64,000 bases of DNA from positions 7,335 through 71,334 of the IMG/VR virus record IMGVR_UViG_3300036796_000048; one strand, given 5' to 3'. Below, piece by piece: positions 46,746-57,437 of the stretch (position 1 is its first letter; the number at the start of each line of letters is the position of its first letter). The DNA comes from a virus. Lineage: Duplodnaviria > Caudoviricetes. The notes beneath the pieces were generated by a model. It saw only the letters and a program-made list of their open reading frames with translations, had not been told where the DNA came from and made no database searches. The position numbers and the translations under genes are program-made.

Positions 46746-47635
46746 CAAGTCCATACAACCTCAAGCCATACCAATATCAACTTGGTAATGTTGTATTTGG
46801 TCGTGATACAGACATACCAATTAGTAAGGTTGAGATTCAGACTTACAACATCAATAAGCAAGACTTTCAGATCATCAGGACAGATGAAACTCGGTTCGGT
46901 ATTGATACTTTAGTGCCCGGTACAATTACATTTACTATGGCTGTTGTAGAGAACTTCATATTGGAACAGTTTGCCGTATTTGAACCTGAAGACTTATTCC
47001 CAATCCGTGGTACATTGTTATCTGAATTAGCAGCTACATGGAAAGCAAATGGCGTTCGTGCCATTTGGGGATCAACAGTTCCACTGTTCTTCGCGGATCG
47101 AAATGGTCGTGTCGTAATGATATACGGGCGTCCTGGCAAGTTTCAATATGCACCTAAAGTCAGCGATAGGGATCAGTGGATCGACGTGTCCGCTGAGTTC
47201 AGGCGCGGCGATACTTATGCGCATTCTGCGCTTGAGCTATACGTGGGCGACGCTACCGACATCACGAAGGGATTAGCGCCTGGGGCCGCTGCGGTTAACG
47301 CTGCGAGACTCGACGGTGACGCTGATAGCTGGGTCAGATTCCTACTTCAGGGCCCCTGTATAAATCCCATCATCAATTACGGCGGCAACGTGTTACAGCT
47401 GAATGTAAATATAGCTGAAGGTGTAGAGCTTGAAGTCAATACCTATCCTTGGACGCGCCGGATTGTAGATACCAACGGATACAATTGGCGAACGTCATTG
47501 GCCGGCGACACTATGTATCTAGACCAAATCAACTTCCCTGCTGGTACGGATATGGATATTAGTTGGACATGTACTGGATCTGGCCCGACCAGTGCTTTGT
47601 ATTTCTTATGGCGAGAGGCATATAACATCATATGA
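46742..47635 (+). CDS. Distal tail (Dit-like) protein
   Basis: First gene after TMP, 297 aa. Confidence 0.7.
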   Translation: MTSPYNLKPYQYQLGNVVFGRDTDIPISKVEIQTYNINKQDFQIIRTDETRFGIDTLVPGTITFTMAVVENFILEQFAVFEPEDLFPIRGTLLSELAATWKANGVRAIWGSTVPLFFADRNGRVVMIYGRPGKFQYAPKVSDRDQWIDVSAEFRRGDTYAHSALELYVGDATDITKGLAPGAAAVNAARLDGDADSWVRFLLQGPCINPIINYGGNVLQLNVNIAEGVELEVNTYPWTRRIVDTNGYNWRTSLAGDTMYLDQINFPAGTDMDISWTCTGSGPTSALYFLWREAYNII

Positions 47636-49659
47636 CCGCTCCTGTCTTCGACGCAATTGGTGCTAGCATAACAGATGCTGGTAATTGGGTACATACAGGC
47701 ACCGATACTGTTACGGCGGGATCAACCGCACTTTTATGGGTAATATATGCCAACCAAACTGGTGCTAGAGACATAACGGCTAGATTTGCCAATGAACCGA
47801 TGATATTGGTTGGTGAACCAGTAGTTTTCGCAGCCGAGTGGTCATTTTACTATATGGCAGTAGCATTCAAATTGCCAGATGCCCCTGGTGGTCCGCAAAA
47901 CTATATTATTACAACCACTGGTGAAACTGGCTCTTATGTAAAGGCCAATGTATCATCTTATGATGGTGTTGTGGATGTAAGTGAACTTATTGTTGATTAT
48001 GGCTCTGGCGTGCTGATGGAATTGGGCAATGTACCATCAGCTAAAAACCATTTGGTAGCGCAATGTTTCGGATGGATCGGCGGCGGGGTTCATAATGCAG
48101 ATTACAATGGTACATTGCGTTGGTCTAATGTTGGTGCCACTGCTTGGCCACAAGCCGGTATGTTGCTTGGTGACAAAGCAGGTGAGCCATGGGTAACATT
48201 TTCAACTACCAAAGGTGATGTAGATGCTTGGGTCGGTATGGCTATCGACCTTGGCGCGCCTGTATTGCCACCGTTACCACCAAGCCCATCCGGTCCTGCT
48301 TCTCTTGTTCCGGTCAGCGGCGATGAAGACAGATTCAGATTCATTGTTGAAGAGGCTAGAACTGGCAACATATTATCGGTTGATCTTGAGGTACAGAATC
48401 CGAAAGTGATGCGTGTACTTAGCGGTTCATGCCATATTGAATTTGATGTTGACTATCGTGCTTACGAATCGCAAGGTTTGTATTTCAAACCATGGGGGCA
48501 TTGGATACACGCCGAAAAGAAGGTTCTTGGCGAACGTGTAATTTGGGCTAGTGCATTAGTGCAACCTAGTGATATTGATAAGGCTACCGGCGTAATGCAT
48601 TTAGTAGCAGAAGGATTTGCTAGCTATCCTAAACAAATGCCGTTGTTGGAAAACTGGAATTATCTAGCCATTGATCCGTTTGAATTTGTAGGCAAGATAT
48701 GGGACCATTTACAAAGTTACGATAATGGTAACTTAGGCGTAACTGTTAGTCCACGAGATAGCGGTCTTGAGATTTTGCCTGGCTATAGCTTTGATGGTTC
48801 TTCCACTAATTTTAATTTCTTTGCTGAGTTTATTCGTGCAGCTGATAGAAATGATTGCGGTGATCTCATTGATGCTTTAGCTCGTGACATACCGTTTGAT
48901 TATATTGAACAAAGTACTTGGAATCCAAGCAGAACAGCCATCAGTAAGCAAATTACACTAGGCTATCCGATCGTTGGTGCACAACAAAATGGTTTAGCTT
49001 TCATATTGAATGAGAATGTATTAGAGTCATCACCGCATACAGAAACTCAGATTGATTGGGTAAGTGATGTATTGGTTGATGGGTGGTGGCCAGGCCAGGA
49101 AGTTAGCTCGGAATTGAGCAATGCCGATCCAAAACGGTATCGTCGCGTCATAAATGAGAATGACGCTATGATCAATAGTAACGAACGTGCTGCTGCTTGG
49201 GCTAATCGTAAACTTACTCGTCGTCAGACTCCTGCTTTTTGGGATTCCATTATTGTTGATATGGGGCACCCCAATGCGCCATTTGGTACGTATGATGTTG
49301 GGGATCGCATATTTGTTACCGGTTATATGCCTTGGGTCGGAGATGTTCACCAGCTTCATAAAATTATTGCTATCGCCGTTGATGAAGAGCATGAAGCTTG
49401 TGAAATTACGATGTATGCTGAAGGCGCTTACACTTATGAGCCTATTGGCTATAGCGGTGATGAAGTCTTATCAATTACCATGGCAGTAACAGACCCTGGT
49501 GAAATTGCTGTTGAAACCAATATTATATTGGGTGCCCATTATTTAACAACACCATCCATTTTAGTTGAGCCAACGGGCTCAGTTACAATACAAAATTTTG
49601 TCAGGGCTGGTACAGTAAATGTATTATGCCCGCCAATTACAGGAGGGTTAAGCCCATGA
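47632..49659 (+). CDS. Minor tail / baseplate hub protein
   Basis: N-terminal beta domain, Pro linker, then RFIVEEARTG...VIWAS Tal-like hub region. Confidence 0.75.
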   Translation: MTAPVFDAIGASITDAGNWVHTGTDTVTAGSTALLWVIYANQTGARDITARFANEPMILVGEPVVFAAEWSFYYMAVAFKLPDAPGGPQNYIITTTGETGSYVKANVSSYDGVVDVSELIVDYGSGVLMELGNVPSAKNHLVAQCFGWIGGGVHNADYNGTLRWSNVGATAWPQAGMLLGDKAGEPWVTFSTTKGDVDAWVGMAIDLGAPVLPPLPPSPSGPASLVPVSGDEDRFRFIVEEARTGNILSVDLEVQNPKVMRVLSGSCHIEFDVDYRAYESQGLYFKPWGHWIHAEKKVLGERVIWASALVQPSDIDKATGVMHLVAEGFASYPKQMPLLENWNYLAIDPFEFVGKIWDHLQSYDNGNLGVTVSPRDSGLEILPGYSFDGSSTNFNFFAEFIRAADRNDCGDLIDALARDIPFDYIEQSTWNPSRTAISKQITLGYPIVGAQQNGLAFILNENVLESSPHTETQIDWVSDVLVDGWWPGQEVSSELSNADPKRYRRVINENDAMINSNERAAAWANRKLTRRQTPAFWDSIIVDMGHPNAPFGTYDVGDRIFVTGYMPWVGDVHQLHKIIAIAVDEEHEACEITMYAEGAYTYEPIGYSGDEVLSITMAVTDPGEIAVETNIILGAHYLTTPSILVEPTGSVTIQNFVRAGTVNVLCPPITGGLSP

Positions 49660-50096
49660 GTCTGACGCCTATTATTTATGGTCCATTTCTTACATCGTTA
49701 GCTACTGCCGGCGTCAACTTCAATGTTGACTCGTTCAAGGCTATGCTTGTTGGCAGTGGCTATACGCCTAATCAAAACACTCACCAATACAAGTCATCTG
49801 TTAATTTTGAGGTTAGCGGCTCCGGTTATGTGGCAGGCGGCATGGGAATCAGTGGTGTATTGTTGACTTATGATTCTGTGAATAAAAGGTTACAGGTTGG
49901 CGCTAGCCCATTAGTGTGGGCCAATGTCACTATAGCTGCTATTCGTTATTGTGTTGTGTATGATGATACGCCAATTGCGGATGCAGCTAAGCCTTTAATT
50001 TGTTATATTGACTTTGGCACCGACCAGGCGCCAAGCGATCAATCATTTTATGTTACTTGGCCTACAACTGGTATGTTGAATTTGGTGCTGCCATAA
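49656..50096 (+). CDS. Minor tail protein
   Basis: FKAMLV...YTPNQ...GSGYVAGG...LICYIDFG, a common phage tail family; GGAGGG RBS. Confidence 0.7.
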   Translation: MSLTPIIYGPFLTSLATAGVNFNVDSFKAMLVGSGYTPNQNTHQYKSSVNFEVSGSGYVAGGMGISGVLLTYDSVNKRLQVGASPLVWANVTIAAIRYCVVYDDTPIADAAKPLICYIDFGTDQAPSDQSFYVTWPTTGMLNLVLP

Positions 50097-52796
50097 ATGG
50101 TTGATGTACAGGGTGGATATCAATCTCAGGATACACGCGCTCTTGAGTCGGTCGCCAACACAAGATATCCAACACAAGATCCAAATTTTACTCAAACAAT
50201 TGGTGATCTTAAGCAAAATGTTAAGTATATTGCCAGTTATATGCAAACAATGCAAAAAGGCATTGACAAAGCTAATGAGGATACTTTTCAGCAAATTGGT
50301 GATTTAATCACGGGCATGTCGATACTTTTCGGCGGCGGTGATGTACAGCAGATTGACTTTGGTGATTTAAAGTATTATCTGCCGGCCATTGGAGCTATGT
50401 TTGGTTGGGATAGTACAACTCCATTTCCGATAAATCTAGTAAATGCTGCTGAGACGTTTTTCTTTGGTTATGTAGTTCCGACAGATGCTTGGGCAGCAGA
50501 AACTACTAAAGTATTCGATGACAATCTATTGGCCATTGGGTTTACGCCGACATTCATTGCTCAATTAAATGAATTTATTGCAGCGGCTAATGGACCTAGC
50601 GCAGTTATACAAGGCGACATCAATGAATTCTTTACCAGTGTTCAAACTATGCTTAACATTTTCGGCATCGGGCCAAATGCTTGGGATGCAGCAGAAACAC
50701 AATTACAGCAACTTTGGACTACAGTAGCTAAATTCTTTGGTAATGTTAATTCTGATGGCGTAACAAATATTCAAGATTGGGTATCTAATTTTCTTGGTGA
50801 TTTCCTAGACACAATAACTAAAGTCAATGACTGGCTTACACAAATGCTGGAAGCATTTTCATCAGATGGTACTGTACAAGCCTTTTTGAATTTTGGTAGT
50901 TTATTTTCCAATTTAGACTTTACAACTTCTCCATTTGATGCAAGCGTAGCTTGGAATACTCTTGTATCAGATGTAATTGTGGGTACTGAAAGTTTTCAAA
51001 ATCAAATCAATGTCAATCTTGATAATGCTTTTGCATCTCTCATGGTTGCTATGGGCATACCACCTATGCCTGGTTATGCCACAAGCCAGTTTGGCGGCAT
51101 TGTAGCATATTTCAAAAGTTACATAAGTAACGTATTCAATCAGAGTCAAATACCAGATATCAACATAAGTATGTCACAAGATATGCAGAAAATTGTTGAT
51201 GCCATATTCCAATCTCAAAATGGCGGTACATCTTTTGGTAATGCTATAGATACAATCTTAACTTCATTACAAGATATAAATCAACAGAACATTAATGGAT
51301 TAACAAATCTTTGGAATAGTTGGTTCGGCACCCATACACCAACTGGTGCAGAAGCAATACTTCCTGCTGCTGTGCCCAATATCACAGCAGGTACGGGTAA
51401 TGGTCAATCTGCTGATTTATTAACCCATTTAAATGCTGTATCGGCCGCTGCTGGAACCCCCGGCTCTACAGCAGTATCGGCAGCAACAGCAGGTATGCAA
51501 CTTATTACGGATACTTTAAATGCGTTATCAGCCCAAGTGCAGCAAAATACAACACAAACTACTGGCGCAACTAACTCTGGTCAATCATTCAATATTAACT
51601 TTAATCAATATACAACTTGGGCCGACGTACCAGTCAACACGACTTATGGTAACATCCCCGGTGCCGGTTCTCATGGGTCTGGCCATTTTATTATTAGTAA
51701 TGGCCAAGCTACATGGAGTGCGGTTGATGATGGTGACGTATCAGCCATTTCAATCTTTAATGGCGCAGGTGGACAAGCGTTTACTGACACCGATTATCAG
51801 AAGCTTTATGCAAGTCTAGCCGGTTTCCCAAATGGTGCTGGATCCAAGAACTTTGCGACTATGCGTGCTAATGCAATCACTAACCCAAGTGATTATGTAT
51901 ACGGCGTTATTGATCTGAATGGTAGCAGTTATACGTTGGAGTATGAACTTGGTTGCTATATTGGTGGCGTGCAACACATTTGGGAATCTGGCACAGTCAG
52001 CACCTTGAACTTGAACTTCACCATGGAAGCTGGCGTTGGTAATAATCCCGCTAGATACCAGGGATATTCAGGCGCCACACAGGTATTTGACTTTACCAAT
52101 GATGGTAGCCACGGCGAAGCAATTTTTACAATTGATTCGTCTCATCGTTATTGGGGATTCAGGTCTGACACCTATAGCAATGGCCAGATTACACCTGCGC
52201 CAGCGGCTTATGTTGGATGCGCTGACAATACCCCGCCAACAGTACCTGGTTCGGGCATTCGTTTATATCGTACAGATACCGCTGCCGCAACACAAGGTAC
52301 TAGTATGGGCCCAAACCTCATCAGCGGTGATGGTACGCCATTCTTTGATACGGTATCTGAAAATAGCACTGATATATCTCAATTCACTACTGCAGTAGGA
52401 ACTATCGGTGCTGGCGAGCCAGCAATACAAGTGGCCAATGCTGGTCGCTATCTCGTAAGCATCAGGTCTATTGTATCAGCTGTTACGTGTAGTAGTGGTG
52501 CCGTATCAATTTGCCCAATAGTTTTAAGATACAATAGTGCCGGTTCTCTACAAGAAACAAGATACTTACCTAGTTCTGGTATATTTTCAAATGGTTTTGG
52601 CGGCCAATACAATACAGGATTCTTTGGCGCGTCTGAGGTTATTGCATGCCAAGCTGGTGACATAATGGTTGCAGGATATTATTTAAATGCTGGGCCAGCA
52701 GGAACAGGTGCTTTATCAGCTTTATCATTTACTGGAGAAGGTAATGGCCAACAAACGTATTTTGAAGTGGCACTAGCAAACTGGTCATTCAATTAA
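50097..52796 (+). CDS. Large minor tail / receptor-binding protein
   Basis: 899 aa, helical N-terminal half and beta-rich C-terminal half; synteny. Confidence 0.75.
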   Translation: MVDVQGGYQSQDTRALESVANTRYPTQDPNFTQTIGDLKQNVKYIASYMQTMQKGIDKANEDTFQQIGDLITGMSILFGGGDVQQIDFGDLKYYLPAIGAMFGWDSTTPFPINLVNAAETFFFGYVVPTDAWAAETTKVFDDNLLAIGFTPTFIAQLNEFIAAANGPSAVIQGDINEFFTSVQTMLNIFGIGPNAWDAAETQLQQLWTTVAKFFGNVNSDGVTNIQDWVSNFLGDFLDTITKVNDWLTQMLEAFSSDGTVQAFLNFGSLFSNLDFTTSPFDASVAWNTLVSDVIVGTESFQNQINVNLDNAFASLMVAMGIPPMPGYATSQFGGIVAYFKSYISNVFNQSQIPDINISMSQDMQKIVDAIFQSQNGGTSFGNAIDTILTSLQDINQQNINGLTNLWNSWFGTHTPTGAEAILPAAVPNITAGTGNGQSADLLTHLNAVSAAAGTPGSTAVSAATAGMQLITDTLNALSAQVQQNTTQTTGATNSGQSFNINFNQYTTWADVPVNTTYGNIPGAGSHGSGHFIISNGQATWSAVDDGDVSAISIFNGAGGQAFTDTDYQKLYASLAGFPNGAGSKNFATMRANAITNPSDYVYGVIDLNGSSYTLEYELGCYIGGVQHIWESGTVSTLNLNFTMEAGVGNNPARYQGYSGATQVFDFTNDGSHGEAIFTIDSSHRYWGFRSDTYSNGQITPAPAAYVGCADNTPPTVPGSGIRLYRTDTAAATQGTSMGPNLISGDGTPFFDTVSENSTDISQFTTAVGTIGAGEPAIQVANAGRYLVSIRSIVSAVTCSSGAVSICPIVLRYNSAGSLQETRYLPSSGIFSNGFGGQYNTGFFGASEVIACQAGDIMVAGYYLNAGPAGTGALSALSFTGEGNGQQTYFEVALANWSFN

Positions 52797-52809
52797 GATG
52801 GTGAAATAA

Positions 52810-53544
52810 ATGTCTACTGTTTTGCTGTTACCAGGATTTGGTGGCGCAGCATCGATGATGCCATTCTTTTGTGATGGCGTAATCACCGCTGGCAAAACGC
52901 AAGTTCCTGTGGTATATAATAATTTTGATCTAGACTACTCTGCTGTTGTGGCTGGCGCAGCGCAATTGGACACAGCTATTCATGATTTTATTGGCAGCGG
53001 GCATGTTACTATTTTTGGGCATAGCGATGGCGCTCGCGTTGCTAATTATTGGCTAGCGCAATATGGTCCTACAAGTACTGTGCCAGCCGCTAATATTGAT
53101 TTTGTATTGCTAGGGGATTCCGTAAACCGCTACGGCGGTGTTCTGTATGATGCGGCGGCTAATAATACTTGTCCCTTGAGTACGCCATATACTGTACTAG
53201 ATTTCATTAGGCAATATGATGGTTGGGCAGATTTTCCACAAGATGTTACAAATCAAAATGCTATAAATAATGCTATGATGGGTGCTAATAATATCCACGC
53301 AGACTATTTTGGAGTTACACCTTCAGATGCATATGTATATAGTAAAGTTGATGGTAATGTTACGCATAAATGGGTGATGACATATCCGGTTGCATTAGCA
53401 ATACCACCATTCTTGGCTAGTTCTTACATGTCAGATTTGTCTTGGTTAAACTCATCATTTGAAGACCAAGATAAATATTGGAGACCAATCATCGAACCAG
53501 CGTATTCCAGGCCGGTAACAATTCCGACACCCCCATATGCGTGA
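52810..53544 (+). CDS. PE-PPE-type / cutinase-like serine hydrolase
   Basis: GHSDG nucleophile elbow, RQYDGWADFP and IHADY motifs of the PE-PPE domain. Confidence 0.75.
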   Translation: MSTVLLLPGFGGAASMMPFFCDGVITAGKTQVPVVYNNFDLDYSAVVAGAAQLDTAIHDFIGSGHVTIFGHSDGARVANYWLAQYGPTSTVPAANIDFVLLGDSVNRYGGVLYDAAANNTCPLSTPYTVLDFIRQYDGWADFPQDVTNQNAINNAMMGANNIHADYFGVTPSDAYVYSKVDGNVTHKWVMTYPVALAIPPFLASSYMSDLSWLNSSFEDQDKYWRPIIEPAYSRPVTIPTPPYA

Positions 53545-53578
53545 GCGAGCATTTTCTATTTAGGATAGGATTAGACCT

Positions 53579-55006
53579 ATGGTAGATTTGAACAGAAGTG
53601 ATGTCGAATTTGCAAAGCGTGTATTCCTCGACCGTCTAACTGTTGACTCCCAGCCATTGTTACAGCCTGCTAATATTGACCAAGGACCAGGCGATGCGTA
53701 TGATTATGGCAACGTATTTGATCCATTTGACTTTGGTGTAGGTGGTGATTGCTCAGGCGTGGATGGCAACGTTATTACAGCCGCTATGTTTGGGCCATCT
53801 GGAATGACTTGGGGTAGATTGTTTTCCACCGAAACATTCCCCGCCAACTTACAAGGTTTTCAGCAGGTAGATCAAGCAACGTGTTTGTCTAGTAATTCTC
53901 CAATCAAGGTATTCATCATGCATGGTGGTGGAGGCCCAAATAGCCATATGATGTGTATCATTGATGGCTGGCAGATGGAGTCCAATGGCGACTATGGAAC
54001 TTGTACTGCCGGAGCAGGTGGTACTTCACCAACAGACCCGATGTGGGATGATTGGTGGATTTACAATGGAGGTATCAATGAAGATATCACATATCGTCAA
54101 CCTATGTCGTACCCACGGGGCCTTGATTACGCTGGTGGGATCATTCCTGGCGCTGTACTCAACGGTGCTGGTTTTAGCTTTGTCTGCCGTTACTTAACTG
54201 ATGGCGGCCCAAACTTACCGGGTAAGCAATTACAGCAAGGTGAGTTTCAAGACTTACAAGCCAACGGTATTGGCGTTGTATTTAATTACGAGACTAGCGC
54301 CAATTTCATGTTAACTGATCAGGGTTCAGCCGATGCCGCGCAAGCTGTAAGTTATATCGAGTCTGTTGGTGGACCAAGCAACCCATTTGTATATTTTAGC
54401 GCTGACTGGGATGCCGCTGAAGGTGACCAAAATGCTATCAATAACTTCCTTACCAGTGCAGGATCTGTTCTCGGCGGTCCAAGTGGTGTTGGTATTTATG
54501 GCGACTATTACGTATGCAAACGTGCGCTAGATGCTGGCGTAGCTAGTAGAGCGTGGCAAACTGAAGCGTGGTCAGGTAGCCAAGATGGTGTACATATTGA
54601 CAGCAGAGTCAGCATCGTACAACGGAATGCGCTAGGGTACACGACACTCGGTGGCGTAGAGTGCGACCTAAATGAGGCGCATACACCTGATATCGGCGCT
54701 TACCTAGCGGCAGCCATACCGGGTACGCCCGTGCCGACACCGAATGGACCTATCGTACCGCCGTCGCCTATCGTTCCATACCCTCAGCCCGATGTGTTGT
54801 TACAGCTAATAGCTGAACAGCTTATGGGCCCCTGGGATTCAAACAATGGCATGTTTATCGGATGGCCTCAAAATGGCAAGGATGATAAAGGGAACAACTT
54901 GTTCCTCAACGACCTATGCGTTGAGATACTAAATGAATTGGTAACTGGACAAGCAAAGACAATCAAACCAAGGAGAAGTAATGGCAGCCGATCAAGACGC
55001 CGTTAA
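53579..55006 (+). CDS. lysA: Lysin A (N-terminal Cys peptidase-like + DUF1906/GH25-like + wall-binding C-terminus)
   Basis: GDCSG...H catalytic pair; RGLDYAGG...VCRYL...YFSADWD...WQTEAWS; C-terminal EQL.GP...GWPQ.G. Confidence 0.85.
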   Translation: MVDLNRSDVEFAKRVFLDRLTVDSQPLLQPANIDQGPGDAYDYGNVFDPFDFGVGGDCSGVDGNVITAAMFGPSGMTWGRLFSTETFPANLQGFQQVDQATCLSSNSPIKVFIMHGGGGPNSHMMCIIDGWQMESNGDYGTCTAGAGGTSPTDPMWDDWWIYNGGINEDITYRQPMSYPRGLDYAGGIIPGAVLNGAGFSFVCRYLTDGGPNLPGKQLQQGEFQDLQANGIGVVFNYETSANFMLTDQGSADAAQAVSYIESVGGPSNPFVYFSADWDAAEGDQNAINNFLTSAGSVLGGPSGVGIYGDYYVCKRALDAGVASRAWQTEAWSGSQDGVHIDSRVSIVQRNALGYTTLGGVECDLNEAHTPDIGAYLAAAIPGTPVPTPNGPIVPPSPIVPYPQPDVLLQLIAEQLMGPWDSNNGMFIGWPQNGKDDKGNNLFLNDLCVEILNELVTGQAKTIKPRRSNGSRSRRR

Positions 55007-55388
55007 TATCGAGCAAGGAACAGACCCGAATAGCCCGACTGGATTTGTACAGGGCTGGTTCTCGCGTATTCGTGCGCGTAAGGTGCTTGGTGATAATGTC
55101 AACAAGGCGCCATATACGCGACAATGGCCGGGCGGCCAGACTGTTGCTTCTCCAATGTCGCAGGACAAAGTGACTGCTATTGCCGACGCAGTTGGCTGGC
55201 GCAAGGTCACAGTCAACAATCCTGCTGTGCCTGCTGTAGTTGATGTCGGTGATATGATCGCTATTGCTTGGGAATACTTCTTGCTTGAGTCTGATCCGGC
55301 TAAATTAGCCCAAGCAGTAAAGAATGCCGGTTTGTTCTTACAATGGCCAGCTGGCTACCAGGGCAAGTCGAATTTGGATAGCCCATGA
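54981..55388 (+). CDS. Hypothetical protein in the lysis cassette
   Basis: AGGAG RBS; coupled to lysA and lysB. Confidence 0.6.
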   Translation: MAADQDAVNIEQGTDPNSPTGFVQGWFSRIRARKVLGDNVNKAPYTRQWPGGQTVASPMSQDKVTAIADAVGWRKVTVNNPAVPAVVDVGDMIAIAWEYFLLESDPAKLAQAVKNAGLFLQWPAGYQGKSNLDSP

Positions 55389-56335
55389 CATCTAGCCTAT
55401 TTGTTGATGTTGTTGCTGACAAATCAGGCTATGTTCGTCGTCCAGCTGGTGTTGTCATAGCCATTGAGGGCACAAGCTATCCTGGGTTTGATCCTGTAAA
55501 TGGCAATAACCCGCCGTCGATGATCCTCAATGATGGTACTGGTTTCTGGTCAGGTTTCGCTAGCGGCATGGTAGGCGGTGTTTGTAATCTTCAGGATGGC
55601 TTGGTAGATAGCTATTTGCTACCATACAAAGCACCTACAGTGCCTATGTGGCCTGGCGTACAAGAAGCACGCGAGAAGACAGTCGCTTTCCTTTTGTGGT
55701 ATGCTCCAGCATACAAAGAGAAGTGGGGTGACTACCCGGCTATATGGGGCGATGGTTATAGCCAAGGCAGTATGGCTTGGGACCAAGTTTGGACACTAGA
55801 CATATTGCCGGCCGATGGCAGGCTACATTTCTTGCTACCGTATGTATGGCGTATATATCAGCAAGGGCATGTATTCAGGTCGCCTGGTATTGCTTGGGGC
55901 AATGCATTAATTGGTCAACCTCAGAGTATCAAAGTGGATGGCGTCGAGTCTGGTGGTATTGGTACTAGCATGGACTTGACACCGGAACAGACAAATTATC
56001 CTGCTCCTGATGGCAAGCCAGTAATTACTTCTTGCGCTTTGTCTGGTGATATATATACATGTTGCCCAACAGGGACTAATCCTTGGACAGCTCCTGCACC
56101 TGAAGCAACGGCAGGTGTTACGTTTGAGAAGATCATTATGCAACCTACATTAGCAGATATCTTATCTGTTATAAAGGTATTGGGCAACCCTTGGGCAAGT
56201 ATTCTTGAAATGTTTAATGCTATGAAGTTTTTTGCTGCTGGCCCAAATGCTCCGCACTACCAGTATTATCCACATATGGTTGGTTGTATAAACGATTGCT
56301 ACCAATCAGCTTTGTCGCTACCACATTTTCCGTAA
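55385..56335 (+). CDS. lysB: Lysin B (mycolylarabinogalactan esterase)
   Basis: GYSQG nucleophile motif, GDIY acid and C-terminal H; position after lysA. Confidence 0.8.
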   Translation: MTSSLFVDVVADKSGYVRRPAGVVIAIEGTSYPGFDPVNGNNPPSMILNDGTGFWSGFASGMVGGVCNLQDGLVDSYLLPYKAPTVPMWPGVQEAREKTVAFLLWYAPAYKEKWGDYPAIWGDGYSQGSMAWDQVWTLDILPADGRLHFLLPYVWRIYQQGHVFRSPGIAWGNALIGQPQSIKVDGVESGGIGTSMDLTPEQTNYPAPDGKPVITSCALSGDIYTCCPTGTNPWTAPAPEATAGVTFEKIIMQPTLADILSVIKVLGNPWASILEMFNAMKFFAAGPNAPHYQYYPHMVGCINDCYQSALSLPHFP

Positions 56336-56346
56336 AGGCCTGAAAT

Positions 56347-56871
56347 ATGCCACCACCTTGGAAAGCACCGCGGCACCTATCGTGGGCCAGCGACACTATG
56401 GTATTCGGGTCTATATTCCTTGTCACTTTGATCATTACAGTAATAGTCAGCTTTTTCTCTGGTCCTGCTGGACCGCCTGCTTATTTGGTTGGGGCTCTGG
56501 GCGCGGCGGGTTCTGCGTTGTTTGGCGCCGCGAGCAGTGATAGAACTAAGCGTGAAATTGAAGTTAGTGCTACAGCAAGTCGCGCTGAATCTAAAGCTAA
56601 CGATGCATTAGATCGTTCTACTACATCGTTCGATGTTGCGTTGCACCAAGTGTTAGAAGTCCAGGAGCGTGAGCTAGCGACTAACAGGGCTTCGCTTCGG
56701 GCAATGCTCGACGCCGTGGAAGTCAAAGAGCTGAACGGGATTCCCGTACTACAGGAAACACATGATCTTATCGGACAGCAACGTTTGCAGATAACAAAAC
56801 TGGTCGAGGACATCGCCAAACGACGCAAACAAATTGAAGGAAATTATTCCGATAAGGATGGTGTAGAGTGA
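56347..56871 (+). CDS. Membrane protein (holin-like; 2 TM + coiled coil)
   Basis: Two hydrophobic helices followed by a coiled coil, in the lysis cassette. Confidence 0.55.
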   Translation: MPPPWKAPRHLSWASDTMVFGSIFLVTLIITVIVSFFSGPAGPPAYLVGALGAAGSALFGAASSDRTKREIEVSATASRAESKANDALDRSTTSFDVALHQVLEVQERELATNRASLRAMLDAVEVKELNGIPVLQETHDLIGQQRLQITKLVEDIAKRRKQIEGNYSDKDGVE

Positions 56872-57437
56872 TGCTATACATCCTGGAAATGATTTATTCT
56901 TTCCCATTCATGTGGGGTGCTGCTACAGGTGCTGTGTTGTGGAAGATATATTGCTATGCCAAGGCTCGTGTACAACACCATGCTGTTGCTCGCATGTCAC
57001 GTGTTTGGATATCAGGTTTGTGTGCAGTTGGTGCACTAGGATATGTGCTACTAGCAACAGCAAGAACGGAACAGCGTACTGTTGAATTAAACACAGCAGT
57101 AACGCGATGCTGGAGTGAGACATATCAACAGACTAAAGCTCAAATTGATATTAATGCTCAAAATGATGGTATTAGTCGTCAGCAGCAAGCATTGCAAAGG
57201 CAATATGATGAGGCCACATCGGATTGGTTGAAAGATTTAGTGGCACCTCCAGGCTTGAGCGATCAACCGACAAATAGCCCAGCCAGACAGGATTACGGTC
57301 TGCGGCGCACTGCTGCTTATCAAGATCAACTTAACGAACTTGGTAAGCAATTTGATGCCTTGGTTGCACAGCGTAAAGCACTAGACGAACAGCGCGCCCA
57401 ACATCCATTACCGGAGGAACGATGCGGAAGAAGCTAA
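56868..57437 (+). CDS. Membrane protein with C-terminal coiled coil
   Basis: Two hydrophobic segments; C-terminal PLPEERC. Confidence 0.6.
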   Translation: MMLYILEMIYSFPFMWGAATGAVLWKIYCYAKARVQHHAVARMSRVWISGLCAVGALGYVLLATARTEQRTVELNTAVTRCWSETYQQTKAQIDINAQNDGISRQQQALQRQYDEATSDWLKDLVAPPGLSDQPTNSPARQDYGLRRTAAYQDQLNELGKQFDALVAQRKALDEQRAQHPLPEERCGRS

